NCBI RefSeq assembly: GCF_902713615.1
Contig: NC_052175.1
Span: 8,449,941 to 8,513,940 of the forward strand
Direction of reading: 5' to 3'
DNA length: 64,000 nt
DNA from: Scyliorhinus canicula
Taxonomy: Eukaryota
In this document: positions 34,358 through 47,105 of the stretch, piece by piece
Layout of the letters: every line of letters begins with the position of its first letter
How positions within the stretch are numbered: position 1 is the first letter of the stretch
Translations under genes and position numbers: made by a program
The notes under the pieces: generated by a model
What the model was told of the DNA's origin: nothing
Database searches by the model: none
What the model saw: the letters and a program-made list of their open reading frames with translations, nothing else

Positions 34358-37253
34358 ATCATTGTCCAATAGCGTTTGATGGCACCTGTCTCACGCTCCT
34401 GCGATTCTCGATGTTACGTGTTTGATACAAATGTTTTACTCCTAAGCTATCCATAACCTCCTTGAATAACCTCGAGGTAAAATTTGATCCTTGATCCGAT
34501 TGTATTTCTGTCGGTAGTCCATACCTAGTTAAACATTTATGTAACTCCTCCACAATTTTTAGCTGTACAATTGCGTAATGGAATGTCATCTTGAAACCTA
34601 TTAGACGCACCCATTGGAGTCAAAAGATATTGATTCTCACATTTAGTTTTAGGAAGCGGTCCCACGCAATCAATTCAGACCATTGTAAACGCATTCTTAA
34701 ATGCGGGAACGGGAATAAAGGGCGCCGGTTTTATCACCGCTTGAGTTTTCTCTGTCACTTGACATGTGTGACATCGATCAAATGTAACCACATCTTTATG
34801 TTGTCCAGACTAGGAAACATGTTTTTGTATTTGAACATGGAACATAGTACAGTACAGCACAGTACAGGCCTTCAGCCCATGATGTTGTGCCTACCCTTTA
34901 TCCTAATCTGAGATCAACCTGACCGACACCCCTGAAATTCACTGCTGTCAATGTACAGCTTGAATTTTCCTTATTTCCAAATGACCTTCTATTGGTATCT
35001 CGTGTGAGACTCACAACACCACTTGATGAACCTCTGCCCATTTTTCAGCCGCCTACATATGGAAAGGTATCATTTTTTTCATTAAGACATCATGTTTAAT
35101 GTAACACAATTCTGGTATACACTCAGAATCTTCTTCCCTGCATGCTTTCTGATATATGTGTTTTATTTCCATATCTTTCTGTTGTAACTCTGCCAACATT
35201 ACTGAACAAAAAATGTCCACCTCATCCTCAATCTTTTCTTCTTCTTGTCCAACCATCCAATCAAAAATCTTTTCTGATAATTGAACTTTAACTTCATCTT
35301 GAATCTTTGATTTCTCCTCTTGTCTTAACCAATGACTTTGCGACCTTGTTACTATACAATACGGAAAAATCCCAGGATATTCGTCCTTCAACACTTTACT
35401 TATTTGATGTTCCACTGGCTTCGTAATCACAGTAGGCATAACCCCCACGTCTCATCCAGCTATATCATTACCCAAAATTAATTGTATTCCTGGACAAGAT
35501 AGTATCTCTATTACTCCTACTGCCACTTCACCACTCTTCACTGCACAGTCCAACCTTAACTTATCGAATGGAACACAACTCTTCTCACTCTGGATTCAAC
35601 ATATTATGACCGTTTGTGGCAATATTTCTCCCAAACTACATAACTCCTCAATGATTGCTAACTCCCGTATTGCTTAAAAGTTTGACTTATTTACCTACAC
35701 CTCCTGGTATACATCAGTAACCTTTACCCACAAAAGTTAATTATTTCGAGAGAACTGATACATTCTTATTAATCACCTCCTCATCAGGTTGTAGATTATT
35801 TTGCACCTCCCTTGCTTCAAGTAGACTTTCCTTTACCACTTAAAAAACCCTTATCCTTTTTTGCCACATCAACCTTCCGAGTGCTTTTCTTAAACATCCA
35901 ACACAGTGACTTTACATGACCTACTTTCTGACAGTGAAAACATCTGGAACTTTTTATTTCTCTACCACCCTCCTGGATTACTGTTTAAATCTGAGGTACG
36001 CTATCTTGGTTGTCTCCTATTAGATCTCCTTACCTTTACCACTTGGGTATTTCTATTTCCCCAGCTTCTATCCTTCACGGCTGAAACCGATATCGGAAAA
36101 AAAAATTTAATGTGTGAAATAATTCATAAAAATCTGCCATTTCTGCTGCAAGACTCGCAGATTTAACCCTCTGCTCTTCCATATGGGTTCTCAGTACATC
36201 AGAAATTGAACATTGAAACTCCTCTAAAATTATTTCTATGAGCTTCCTGCGTTTTGTCTATTTTCAAAGATCTTCTTCACCGATCAAAATTACTCTGTTT
36301 AATCCAATCAAACACTGTGTATGTGTGACCAGGTTCTTTCCTTAAATGTCTGAAACTACGTCTGTTGGCTTCAGGCACGAGTTGACATGCACCTAAGATC
36401 GATTGTTTCACCTCCTCATGCATCTCAGTTGCGTCCACCACGAACTCAACCGACCAACTTTGTTTGAAAGCGTCATAACCACATGTCCTGGAAATTTTCA
36501 TTTGTTTTGCCACCTTCTACATCCTTCGCATCAACTCTGGGCAATTCTTCGACGTATTTAAATAGATACCCACCAAACCTTCGACTCTGAAGCTTGTGCT
36601 CCTTCTGACTATTCTCATCACTATCCTCAGACTTTAATTTTCTCTTTACCTCAGATTCTTTTAACTGACGTTCATTTTTCATGGCCAGTTTCCGAAATTC
36701 AAAGTCTCTCTCTTTGTCCTTTTCCCTTTCTTTTATCTCCTTTTCTGTTTCCTTTTCATCTCTCTCCTTTTCTTTTTCCCTGATCTGTACCGCCTTTTAT
36801 CTGTGTTTGTTATGCTCGGGTATTCTTCCCTTCTCCTTTTCTCCTCTCTCCTTCTCTTTGCCATGAACTGTAATTCAAGCAGCTTCAATGCTTTTTGACT
36901 TTCAAGCTGCTTTTGAATTATTGCCTGTTCCAATAATTCTGACTGTGTCTCTAGCAATTTTACATGCTCAGCTACCTCCGTAATTAAACCTTCTTTCTGT
37001 ACTTTGTCACGCAATGTGAACTGTAATGTTTGTGCTAATTCTGAAATCCTTGTTTTAATCACCGTTACCTTGTACAGCCACCCAAACTGTCTGAGCATCT
37101 GAAAGAACCAGTGTAGAAAACACACTCCCTATTTATACTGCTGGGATGCAACATCAGAAACCGAAACACAAATATGTTCACCCTCACGATCAATAAGTTC
37201 ATTTAGCCAGCCCAATCAGGAAAGATAGACTTTTATCTGACGAGCACCCAAAT
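34358..37253 (-). mobile_element. Gmr1-type Gypsy LTR retrotransposon internal region (gag, zinc knuckle, protease relic, integrase), 3'-truncated
   Basis: gag EELPRVDAKDVE; VGHVKSLCW; integrase CHTCQV..KPAP..P, IDCVGPLPKT, EIQSDQGSNFTS. No RT between protease and integrase. Confidence 0.88.
34832..35040 (-). mobile_element. CR1 3' tail fragment inserted in the Gypsy integrase
   Basis: acatagtacagtacagcacagtacaggccttcagcccatgatgttgtgc. Confidence 0.7.
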
Positions 37254-37936
37254 TGTTATGGGCCAGGGCTGAGAAACTCCAAAGTGTATTATGAAGTTCA
37301 TCTGACCTATAACCTTCAGGTTTAACTTGGCTAGGTTGTGCACAAAATTCTGCGCTTCAGGTGTGATGAAGCAGATTTATTGAGCGTTTTAATCAAAACA
37401 AGGTTTATTATGAGAATGGAGTTAACATATGAACATATAAAAACAGCAAGATTTTGCATATCAATTACAAACAAATTCAAAAGTGGCTTCAGTAATCCAT
37501 GTAAATAACATTAATGAGTTCCCTCTTAGCTGTTCCAATTGAATAACAAAATCCATAAACCAAAACCCCTTTCAAAGGCGTGGCCGAGCACACTGTCTTC
37601 TCACTTGACTGGGACTGGACCTTCACCTGAGATTCTGATCCAGTTTGTACCAGCAGTTTCAAACTCCTTCCGGAAAACAACTAAGAAGTTTGTGGCAGTA
37701 TGCAATACGCAGTATGTTTTACATTGGAAAAGTTTTTTTTTCAAAAGAGAAAAACGTGGAAAAAACTTCATTCCTTCTGCAGTTGAAAGCCACAAAACGG
37801 AAATCGAAAACAGAAAAGAACCCCTCTCAGAAGACAGACACAGCCCAGCTTCACACAAGAAAAGACATAACTGAATCTGTACTACTAGACACATGATAAG
37901 GGAGCAAACATTTCTTGAAGTGACACTCACATGGCA
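37254..37936 (-). mobile_element. 5' LTR of the Gmr1-type element with adjacent tRNA-Pro-like PBS
   Basis: Boundary tgttatgggccaggg shared with 51736; minus strand next to it reads tgggtgctcgtcagat, similar to the tRNA-Pro PBS TGGGGGCTCGTCCGGGAT. Confidence 0.8.
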
Positions 37937-37939
37937 CTG

Positions 37940-40700
37940 TGACCAATGAATTCCCATGTTGGAACAGTGGAGTTGTTCCTGAACAACAGACAGCAATGTC
38001 AGAACGGTGGAATTGCCTCTCTTAACGATAAATTGCAATGTTGGATACATTTTAAGCTTCTGCGTAGAATGGTTTGCAATGCCATAACAGTGATCGGCCT
38101 TTTGAAGAATAGATTGAAGTGTAAGGGCAGTGCAGCCGTCTCTTCAAGTAACAGATTGCCATGCCAATGCTGTGGACAACGCAGAATGAAATGTTAGAAC
38201 AGATGAGCTGTCTTTGTGAACATTAGATTGCAATGACATAACGATGGCGGTCCATCAATGAAGATAGAGCGAACTGTCAGAAGAGTGACCAGTATGCAGT
38301 GTTGGAATAGTGAAACTGTGAGAACAGTAATGCAACCTATTTGGACAATGGATTGCAATATTCCAAAAGTGATTTTGACTATGGTACAATGCTGAAAATG
38401 ATGGATCAGTGGTGCTGTTCAAAACACATCACAAAGTAAAAACAGTGGAACTGTCTCTTGGAACAACAGAGTGCGATGATAGAATAGTGGAGCTATCTTT
38501 GTGAATAACAGAGTGCAATGTTAGAACAATGGAGCTGTCTATGTGAACAATAGAGTGTAATGTTAGAACAGTGGAGCTGTGTATGTGAACAACAGAGTGC
38601 AATGCTAGAACAGTGGATCTGTCTCCATGAACAATAGATTGCAATGTCAGAACAGTGATGTCTCTATGAACAACAGATTGGAATGACAGAACAGTTGAGC
38701 TGCCTCTATGAACACCAGACTACAGAATTGAAAAGAGTGGACTGTCTCTGAAAATCATTTTCTATTGTCAGGAATGTGGGGCAGTCTCTAAGGACATGGA
38801 TTGGAATGTTGAAAGTGGAGTTTTCCGTATGAGCAGTAGATTGCAATGTATGAACAGTTCATCTCTCTATAGAAACAATTGATTGCAATGTTCGGACTGT
38901 GAATATGCCGCGACGAATAATGGATTGCAATGTTGGACCAGAGGAGCTGTCTATGTGAATAATTGGTTGCAATGTCGGAAAGTTGGAGCTCTCTGTGTGA
39001 TTAGTCGATTGTAATGATAGAATTGTGGTTCTGTCTCTTCGACGATGGGTTGTAGTATTAGAACAGTGCATCTGTATTTGTGAACAACAGATCTCAATGT
39101 CAGATCAGTGGTCCTGTATCGGTCAATAGTAGACCACAATATTGGAACAGCGAAGCTGTCAATGTGTAGAGTATGCCTGTGAAGAACAGATTGCAGTTAG
39201 AACAGTAAAGCTGCCTCTGTGACCAACAGATTGCACAGTTAGATTAGTGGTGCTCTCTCTGTGAACAATGTATTGCAAAGTTAGATCATTGGAGCTGTAT
39301 TTGTGATCAGAAGATTGCAAAGTTAGAACAGTGAAGCTACCTCTGTGAACAGAAGAGTGCAAAGTTAGATCGGTCGGCCTGTCTCTGTGCATAATAGATT
39401 GCAAATTTAGATCAGTGGGGCTGTCTGTTTGAAGAATGGATAGCAAGGTTAGATCAGTGGAGCTGCCTCCGTGAATAACAGATGGCAAAGGTAAATCAGT
39501 GGAGCTGTCTCTGTGCATTATAGATTACACAGTTTGATCAGTGGAGCTGTGTCTGTGAACACAAGATTGCAAAGTTAGATCAGTGTCCCTGTCTCTGTGA
39601 ACAGAAGTTTGCAAATTTAGATCAGTGGAGCTGTGACTGTGAACACACGATTGCAAAACTAGATCAATGGAGCTGTCTCTGTGAATAGTAGATTGCAAAA
39701 TTAGATCAGTTGAGCTGTCTCTGTGAATAGTAGATCATACAGTTAGATCAATGGAGCTGTCTCTTTGAATAGTAGATTGCAAAGTTAGATCAGTGGACCT
39801 GTCTATGTGAACAGAAGATTGCAACGTTCGATTAGTGCACATGTCTCTGTGAACAAAAGGTTGTACAGTTAAACAAATGGAGCTATCTCTGTGTATAGTA
39901 GATTGCAAAGTTAGATCAGTTGAGCTGTCTCTGTGATTAGTAGATTGCACAGTAAGATCAGTGGAGCTGTATCTGTGAATAATATACCACAATGTTGGAA
40001 CTGTGGAACAACAGGTAGAAATTTAAAATTGTGCAGTCGTCTCTTTCAATCATAGATTGCCATTTATCTGCGAAAAGCAGACCATTATGTGAGAGCATTG
40101 GGGCTGTCTCTGTGAACAGAAGATTACGATGGTATAACTGTGAAGCCTCTCTGTGAACAATAGATTGCAAAGTTAGAACAGAGGAACTGTCCCGGTGAAC
40201 AAACAGATTGCAATGACAGAACAGTGGTGCTGCCACAAAGAGCGAAGGGTCAAAAGAGTGATGCAGTCACTCTGACTGACTGCAATGGTGGAACAGTGAA
40301 ACAGTCTCTGTGACAGACAGATTGCAATGTTAGAACAGTGAAGGAATCTCTCTGAACAATAGATTGAAACATTAGAACAGTGCAGTTGTGTTTGTTCGCA
40401 ATGATGGCTGTGGTTCACGTGGGCGGTGTCAAGGTAAATAATAGATTGCAATGTGAAAACAGATTGAAATGTGCTGTCTCTGGGAGTGATTGGAAAGTTA
40501 GAACAGTGGAGCTGCATTGGGGAAAAATAGGTTGTAATGTCCGAGCCGTAATGATCTCCTGTGAAGAACAGTTTGCAATGTCAGAACAGTGGAAATGTTT
40601 CTGTGAACAATAGACTGTGATCTGGTCCAGAGCGTAGAAATTGCAAAGTGCATTTTGAAGCTCACCTGAACTATAACTTTAGTGTTGAATTTGGCATGGA
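37940..40700. repeat. 42-bp degenerate minisatellite array, about 2.8 kb
   Basis: Unit approx. ttagatcagtggagctgtctctgtgaatagtagattgcaaag; gives 14-aa repeats (HRDSSTDLTLQSTI) in minus-strand ORFs. Confidence 0.92.
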
Positions 40701-40719
40701 TGAGCACAGACGTCTTCAC

Positions 40720-41040
40720 TTCAGTTGTGATTGATCAGACTTGCGACGCGCCTTTATCAAAACAATGTTTGTAAGAATGTAGTGAACATATATAAAACAA
40801 GAATTCGGTATCAAATACAAACACAGAGAAAACGCAACAGCTAGTAATCTGTGTATATCACTCTTAATGAATCCCCCTATTAATCTGTTCAAATCCAATA
40901 AAAAACAAATCAATAAAACCAAAACCCTTCTCAAGCGCGTGGCCCAGCACACTGTTTTCTCACTTTAATGGGACTGGTCTGTTCCCTCAGATTCTGTGCC
41001 AGCCTCTAACCAGCAGATTCATGACACCTTTCCGAAAGCA
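40720..41040 (-). mobile_element. Partial LTR related to 37254-37936
   Basis: aaaccaaaacccttctcaagcgcgtggcccagcacactgttttctcact matches 37558-37605. Confidence 0.75.
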
Positions 41041-41049
41041 ACTCTATCT

Positions 41050-41660
41050 TCACCACACACTCTCCATCCCTAACACTTTCTACCAAACACTTTCCCTCTA
41101 TCCCACACTCTCTCATGTCCCTCTTTTATCTCACTTTCATTGACTCGCGCACTCGGCAACTTTTATGGCCGAGATGACTTGACTCAAAGACGGATTTACT
41201 ATTTTACGCGCAATCCACTTCAGCTGCCTCCCGCATCCACTCTCTCGCTCTGTCTCCACTCTCTTCCCGCCCTATGAACTCAATTAATCTCTTTCTCTCG
41301 TTTTACCCTTTATTGTTTACACCATTTTCTCTCCCATGCTCTTTTCTCTGCTACATTATTTCTCATTCACCGTCTTTTTCTCCCTTTCTCTCACTCTTTC
41401 TCTTTCACCGTCTCGCTCTCACCCTTTGTCTCTCTGAACCTCTGTCTCTCCCTATCTCTCACCCTCTTTCTCTCTCTTTCACGCTCACCCTCTTTCTCTC
41501 ACTTTCTCTCTCGTCCTCTTACTCTCTCAGCCACTTTCACTCTCCCACCCGCCTTCTCTCTGAATCTATTTTGCCGTCCCATTTTTTCTCTGTTATCTTC
41601 CTTCTCCCACACCTTGTGTCTCACTCGCCCTCTTTCTCTAACACTCTAACAATTGTCAGC
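41050..41660. repeat. CT-rich low-complexity tract
   Basis: Visible directly; explains ORF 41274-41705. Confidence 0.85.
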
Positions 41661-41994
41661 ACATCTCACAGACCATATCCATCATTGACTTCCTCCAAAT
41701 CATAAAATGTCTCTCTCCCAGATTGAGTGTGTTTATCAGATGGAGGCAGTATCTGTTAGAGACGGTGTATACGTTTTTTCAGCCAAATATGTTTGTACTG
41801 CTCTGTCAGGTGATGTGTTTGTGTCTGCTGCAGGCTCGAAGTTACACAGGTGTCCCAATGTTTCAAAATGTTTTCTGAGTTCGTGGAGCTGCATTAGATT
41901 ATGGGTTGGAATAGTTGTCTTTGGATTTTACATAGTTCCTGATATTCCATTCATTGAAATTTGCTATTTCTGTCACCCTAAACCACTTAAATCA

Positions 41995-42700
41995 CAGCAC
42001 TGTATGGTCACAGTGAAATAGACAGCTACACCACAGAGTGGAGTGCAACCACCCAGTGAAACACAGTAACAATTGAAACTGAACTACTGAATGGTCACAA
42101 TTAAAGAGAAAGAAACATCCCAGAGTGCAGTGGAACCACCCAGTGAAACACACTGACATTCGGATCTGAATTACTGAATGGTCACAGTTAAACACGCTGT
42201 TATAACCCAGAGTGGCGAACCCACTCGGACAAACACAATGCATTTGGACATGAATCACTGATGGTCACAGTTAAAATGAAGCGACATTCCAGCCCGCAGT
42301 TGAACCACCCAGAGAAACAAACTAACAATTGGAAATGAACCACTGACTAGTGGTTAAATAGGCAGCTACACCCCAGAGTGCAGGCTCGCAGAGAAACACA
42401 CTGACAATTGAAATTGAATCACTGAATGGTCACAGTTAAAGAGGCAGCTCCACCCCAGAATGCAGTGGAACCATCCAGTAAACACACCGACAATTGGAAC
42501 TGAATCACTGAATGGTCACAGTTAAAGAGGCAGCTACTTCCAAGAGTGCAGTGGAATCACCCAGAGAAACACACAGACAATTGGAACTGAATCATTGAAT
42601 GGTCACAGTTAAAGAGGCAGCTAATTCCCAGAGTGCAGTGGAACCACCCAGAGAAAGACACTGACAATTGGAGCTGAATCACTGAATGGTCACAGTCGAG
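41995..42700. repeat. About 86-bp tandem array, roughly 8 units
   Basis: Units start at 42421, 42507 and 42594 (actgaatggtcacagttaaagaggcagct...caattggaactgaatc). Confidence 0.9.
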
Positions 42701-43031
42701 TGATGGATGTCTCTGAAACAATCTGAGCTTTGATCGGCATGATGGTCTTTGAATGGACATCATCCTATCTGTTATTGTCAGGTGAACAATGTGATCATGA
42801 CAGACCAGTTTTGGAATGTCTTCACTCACTCAAAAGGATAATATTTTTTGAACCTAAATTCGTAATCTGTTTGTTCATATATTTGAAACATAAATTGAAC
42901 GATGTTGCAATCTCAACATCGCTCAGGTGGTTCCTCAGGGTATAAATTAAAGGTTTGGGAAACATGTAACCTCGGAGTATAAGTCAGAGATACGGGCAGC
43001 AGCACGAAGTGACACATTACTTTCCACAAAA

Positions 43032-43098
43032 ATGGTTCTTACAATTGACATGGTTGGGAAAATATTGTGCCTTGTCCTTGTTATTGTTGGTGTTCCTG
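43032..43098 (+). pseudogene. GPR139-like copy 2, exon 1 (MVLTIDMVGKILCLVLVIVGVP) with mutated donor
   Basis: Ends ..VGVP+G, in phase with exon 2 (G|TT = V-N-L-L); donor reads GGAAGT instead of GTAAGT; TATA-like tataaa at 42941. Confidence 0.75.
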
Positions 43099-44499
43099 GG
43101 AAGTCACGACTCAACTTTGAAACTGCTTAAATCCGCGTGTGAGCGGCTCTCTGATTTTAAGCTGTGACTGACAATGTTTAATGCTTATTTCGCGCTCACT
43201 GTTAGACAACGTAAATACGCTAAGTTAAATATCTTTAAACATATCTATGGTTTGAATCCCTTTCACCAACTGACAATAAACCTCGTTTGGAAATCACGCG
43301 ATCTCAGATTAATGAAGTCAGTCTTGGTAGAATCTTGTATAATGTTAGATTGGAACTCAGTAAAGGCAGTGTCTCAGAGGGAATATCCAGTGGGAGTAAG
43401 AATAAAATCACACCAGGTTTCCACCACTGAAGAGAACGGACTATCTGACAGCAGTGAGCAAGTATTACTGGCAGTATCTGTCAGCGCTGGATTATATTAA
43501 ATATAGATCAGGAAGTAGATTAAAATAAATTGTTGTATTTTGGAACAATATATTTAATTGGTGATTGGTCGCTCCGTCCAAGGGATCTCTTTCTCACTCT
43601 CTCTGTTTTACTTTGCAATAGATTGAAAACAGGGAGAGTTTGGCTGTTTCGATTATGTTTAATATTTATTGTGTGAAATTAACATCGCGACATCTGTTTT
43701 CGGTTGAACTGCTCGAACGGAAACAGATAGCACCACCACTCTACCATTTAATAAAATCCATAACAGGGTAGTATTCTAATACGTTTTGCAGATATTTAAG
43801 TTAATTCTGAAAAGAACTCTAATGTTTGTTGATTTTTATGGTTGTTTTTAAACTGTGTTGCTGCTTCACACGATTTGTGAATCTGCTCATCTGAACCCCG
43901 AAACCCCTCACACGCTAGATGTCCATGGAATGATTGGGAGACTTATTGTTCTATTCAAAGTGCAGCAGCGGACACTGAGCTCTTGGGAAATTAATTTACG
44001 ATTTAAATACCAACTTTCCAAGTTGAAATTGATGATGAATGGGTGACTGAAATCGGTTATATTTTTCCACGGAATCACTGTAACTCTCAATTTGGATTTG
44101 TCTATCAATTCAGTAATTATCATTCTGCTTCCCGATTCCATATTGCGATATAAATGGTGAGGACCAGTTCATCCCAGCGCTAATCCATTTGAACTCCACT
44201 TCCCACATTCTACTAATCGGACCAAATCCCATTAATCTTCTCCCTATTTTTTGCGCTGACCATTTATTATACTCTGCGGTACTGGATTTTTTTAAACCTC
44301 AGAATTGTAATTCCTTTTTTCATATTATTGATGTAGGGATTGGGAGATTATTTTCTGGAATTTAATTATTTTCTGTTTTATATTCAAGAATAACAGAAGC
44401 CGACTGTTGCCTTTGAATGCTTCGGTAATATTCTGATGATGATTACTGAACAGATAATATTGTCTCTGTTGTTTCTCATTGACAATTGTGAAAATATTT

Positions 44500-44980
44500 G
44501 TGGTTGAAATCTATCGCCTCCAGTAAACTCCCTCCAATCGGGCACAACCCTCTGGCCTCTGATCTGCTCTTGATTTTTTCATACTGTTCCCATCGATCCT
44601 CACGTTCCAAAACACTTCTCTCAAACCAGCCACACATGTTTTGCATTTTTCAGGTACCGGTCCGTCCTGGACAGGCTTGTCAACTTCACCATCACACACA
44701 TCACACCTTTCCCTTCCCACTGTCCTTGCGATCGCAGACGGTATAACAACTGATCTTTATCTCCTCCCGTTTCACAATTCTGGGCAGCAAACTCTGCTTT
44801 CTGGAGAAGCAGGTTTCACGTGCGTTGCTTCATTTTGGTCTCCTGCATTCACTTCTCCCAACACAGTCTCATCTGCACTGCGGAGACTGAATGCAGACAG
44901 GGTGTGCAATTTGCAAGACACTTTCACTCAGCCCACAAACATGACCCAAGCCGGCCTGTTGCGGGCCATTTTAACTCAGC
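44500..44980 (+). mobile_element. Penelope GIY-YIG remnant in the GPCR copy 2 intron
   Basis: ccttgcgatcgcagacggtataacaac...gcccacaaacatgacccaagccggcctgttgcgggccattttaactc; junction matches the reverse complement of 21340-21380. Confidence 0.78.
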
Positions 44981-45237
44981 ACCTTTCCCGACACTGCCAT
45001 CAAACGGGAAGGGCTGCAATTCACACTGTTCCCCCTTCCACCATCTTAAACACTTGGGCCACTTTTGTTACTTCCATCTTTGCAATGTTAGTCTCTGTGT
45101 CCACTGATCTCCCAACGCTGTCACCACTGACCATTTTATTGGTCCTAAAATTCTGCCCCTGTTCAGGCATGGTGAATGTGTAATCAGTAATTTCCAGTAT
45201 CTTCGCCATTCTCTCTCTCTCTCTCTCTCACTGGCAG

Positions 45238-45925
45238 TTAATTTACTGGGAATTGCGATTCTGTGTCGAGGGAAGTGTGGACTCTCGACCTGCACCACTC
45301 GATACCTGGTAGCCATGGCGGTGGCGGATCTGCTGTTTATTATCAGTAAACTTATACTGATAAAGATGAATTATTATTATTTCTCCCAGAATTTCCTGGA
45401 CCTCACCCCTGTGTGTAGTGTTGCAGATGCTCTTGTGTCTGCAGCCGCGGACTGTTCTGTTTGGTTCACGATCTGCTTTGATCGATTTGTCGCCATTCGC
45501 TGCCAGAAACTGAAAACTAAATATTGCACTGGGAAAATTGCAACTGTGATTCTGTCAACAACTGGTTGTTGTATAAAAAACATCCCCTGGTACTTTCTGT
45601 ATGAACCTATACAGATAATTGACAATGTCCAGTGGCGTTGTCGGCCAAAGAGCGGTTTTTTCACTGACCCCATGTGGGTTTCATTTATCTCGTTTGCTCA
45701 GGTTTCAATGCCATTGATCCCATTCGGTTTAATCCTGTTGATCAACGCTCAGACACATTATAATCACCAGTCGAGTCTGGAAGGCATTGAGGGCTCAGAA
45801 TCAGGCAGACAATCGCAAAGACCCAGAGATGGAGAGCAGAAAAAAGTCAATGATTTTACTCTTCAGCATCTCCGGTACTTTCATTGTCCTCTGGACAGTG
45901 TTTATTATTAAAGTTTTCTACCTCA
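45238..45925 (+). pseudogene. GPR139-like GPCR pseudogene copy 2, exon 2 (TM1 to TM6; TM7 deleted)
   Basis: Acceptor (ct)n-actggcag|; VNLLGIAILCRGKCGLSTCTTRYLVAMAVADLL; FDRFVAIRCQKLKTKYCT; frameshift after INAQT; DPEMESRKKSMILLFSIS; truncated after KVFYL. Confidence 0.9.
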
Positions 45926-45929
45926 CAGC

Positions 45930-46700
45930 CACCGCAACCAATCTGGGAGCCCCACCTTCAGGCTAAGACCATCTGCCAATCAGAGGTTCCGGCCGATGAT
46001 TGACAGCTGCCGCAACCAGTCAGCGATACCACCCGCAGACATACAGCCGCCCGCTAAATGATAACCTGCAGCCAATCGGAGTTCATAGAATCCCAACAGC
46101 GCAGAAGGTGGACATTCGGCCCATCGAGTCTGCACCGGCCTTTGGAAAGAGCACCCTAATTAAACCCACACCATCCTACCCCATAACCCAGTAACCCTCC
46201 GTAATCTTTCGGACACGAGGGAAGGATTTAGCACAGCGAATCCGCCGGAAGTGCACATCTTTGGACTGTGAGAGGAAATCGGAGCACCCGCATGATACAC
46301 ACGCAACACGGAGAGAACAGGCAGACTCTGCACAGACAGCATCCCAAGCCGGGAACCGAACCTGGTACTCTGGAGCAGGGAGGCCACAGTGCTAAGGACT
46401 TTACCACCGTCGTTCCGCTCCCTTACAGACAACCGCCACAGCGAATCAGAGATTCCGTCTGCTGACTGACTGCCGCCGCATCCAATCAGAGATTCCGCCC
46501 GCTCAATGACAGCTGCAGCAACCACTCAGGGAGCTTTATCACCTTTGACACAAAAGGCTCAACCAATCAGGGATCTCAATCTGCACAACGCCTCAATCTA
46601 TCAGGAACCCTGAACACTCTCGCTTACAGTCTCAGGCGCAATAATCGAGCCTCAGCCTGTTCCCAGCCAATGCCCGCCCTCTTACGAGGATTGTGGTCCA
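45930..46700. repeat. Paralogous CCAAT-unit array (ccaatcag orientation)
   Basis: Reverse-complement similarity to 15500-16300, including the gagggcgggcattggctgg and gattgagatccc landmarks. Confidence 0.8.
46087..46412 (-). mobile_element. HE1-like V-SINE, counterpart of 15861-16190
   Basis: SINE consensus at the matching position in the array. Confidence 0.85.
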
Positions 46701-46919
46701 ATTATCGGTCGTGTTTTGAAGCCACAACTGATAAGAAAAGGAGATATTCCCTGAAGTCTGATGAACGTGCCGCCCGTCCAAGACATCACCCTGCAATGGA
46801 TTCACATTCAGATGACAGTCTAACTCCCCTTTGAATGCTTTAACTGATCCGATCTTCAGCACTCACTCAGGCAGTGGATTGCCCTCACCCCTCACTGTGT
46901 GAAAATGTCATCGTTTATC

Positions 46920-47105
46920 AGGGGCTGGTTTCGCATAGGGGGCTAAGCAGCTGGCTTGTAATGCAGAACAATGCCAGCAGCGCAGGTTGAATTTCCATAC
47001 CGGCCTTTCCGATCACGCGACGGGATGTGGTGACGAGGGGCTTTACACAGTAACTTCATTGAAGCCTCCTTGTGACAAAAAGCGATTATTATAATGTCAT
47101 CATTT
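46920..47105 (+). mobile_element. Short tRNA-derived SINE (ggggctggt family), diverged
   Basis: Alignable by eye to 10382-10570. Confidence 0.8.

Noticed and set aside
38429-40517. Series of minus-strand ORFs with 14-aa repeats that look like a repetitive protein
   Set aside because: By-product of the 42-bp satellite; frequent stops and frameshifts, no leader or splice context.
1441-42030. Scattered cacagtg heptamers as possible RSSs (e.g. 1442, 35903, 42009)
   Set aside because: No nonamer at 12 or 23 bp spacing and none adjacent to the V exon.
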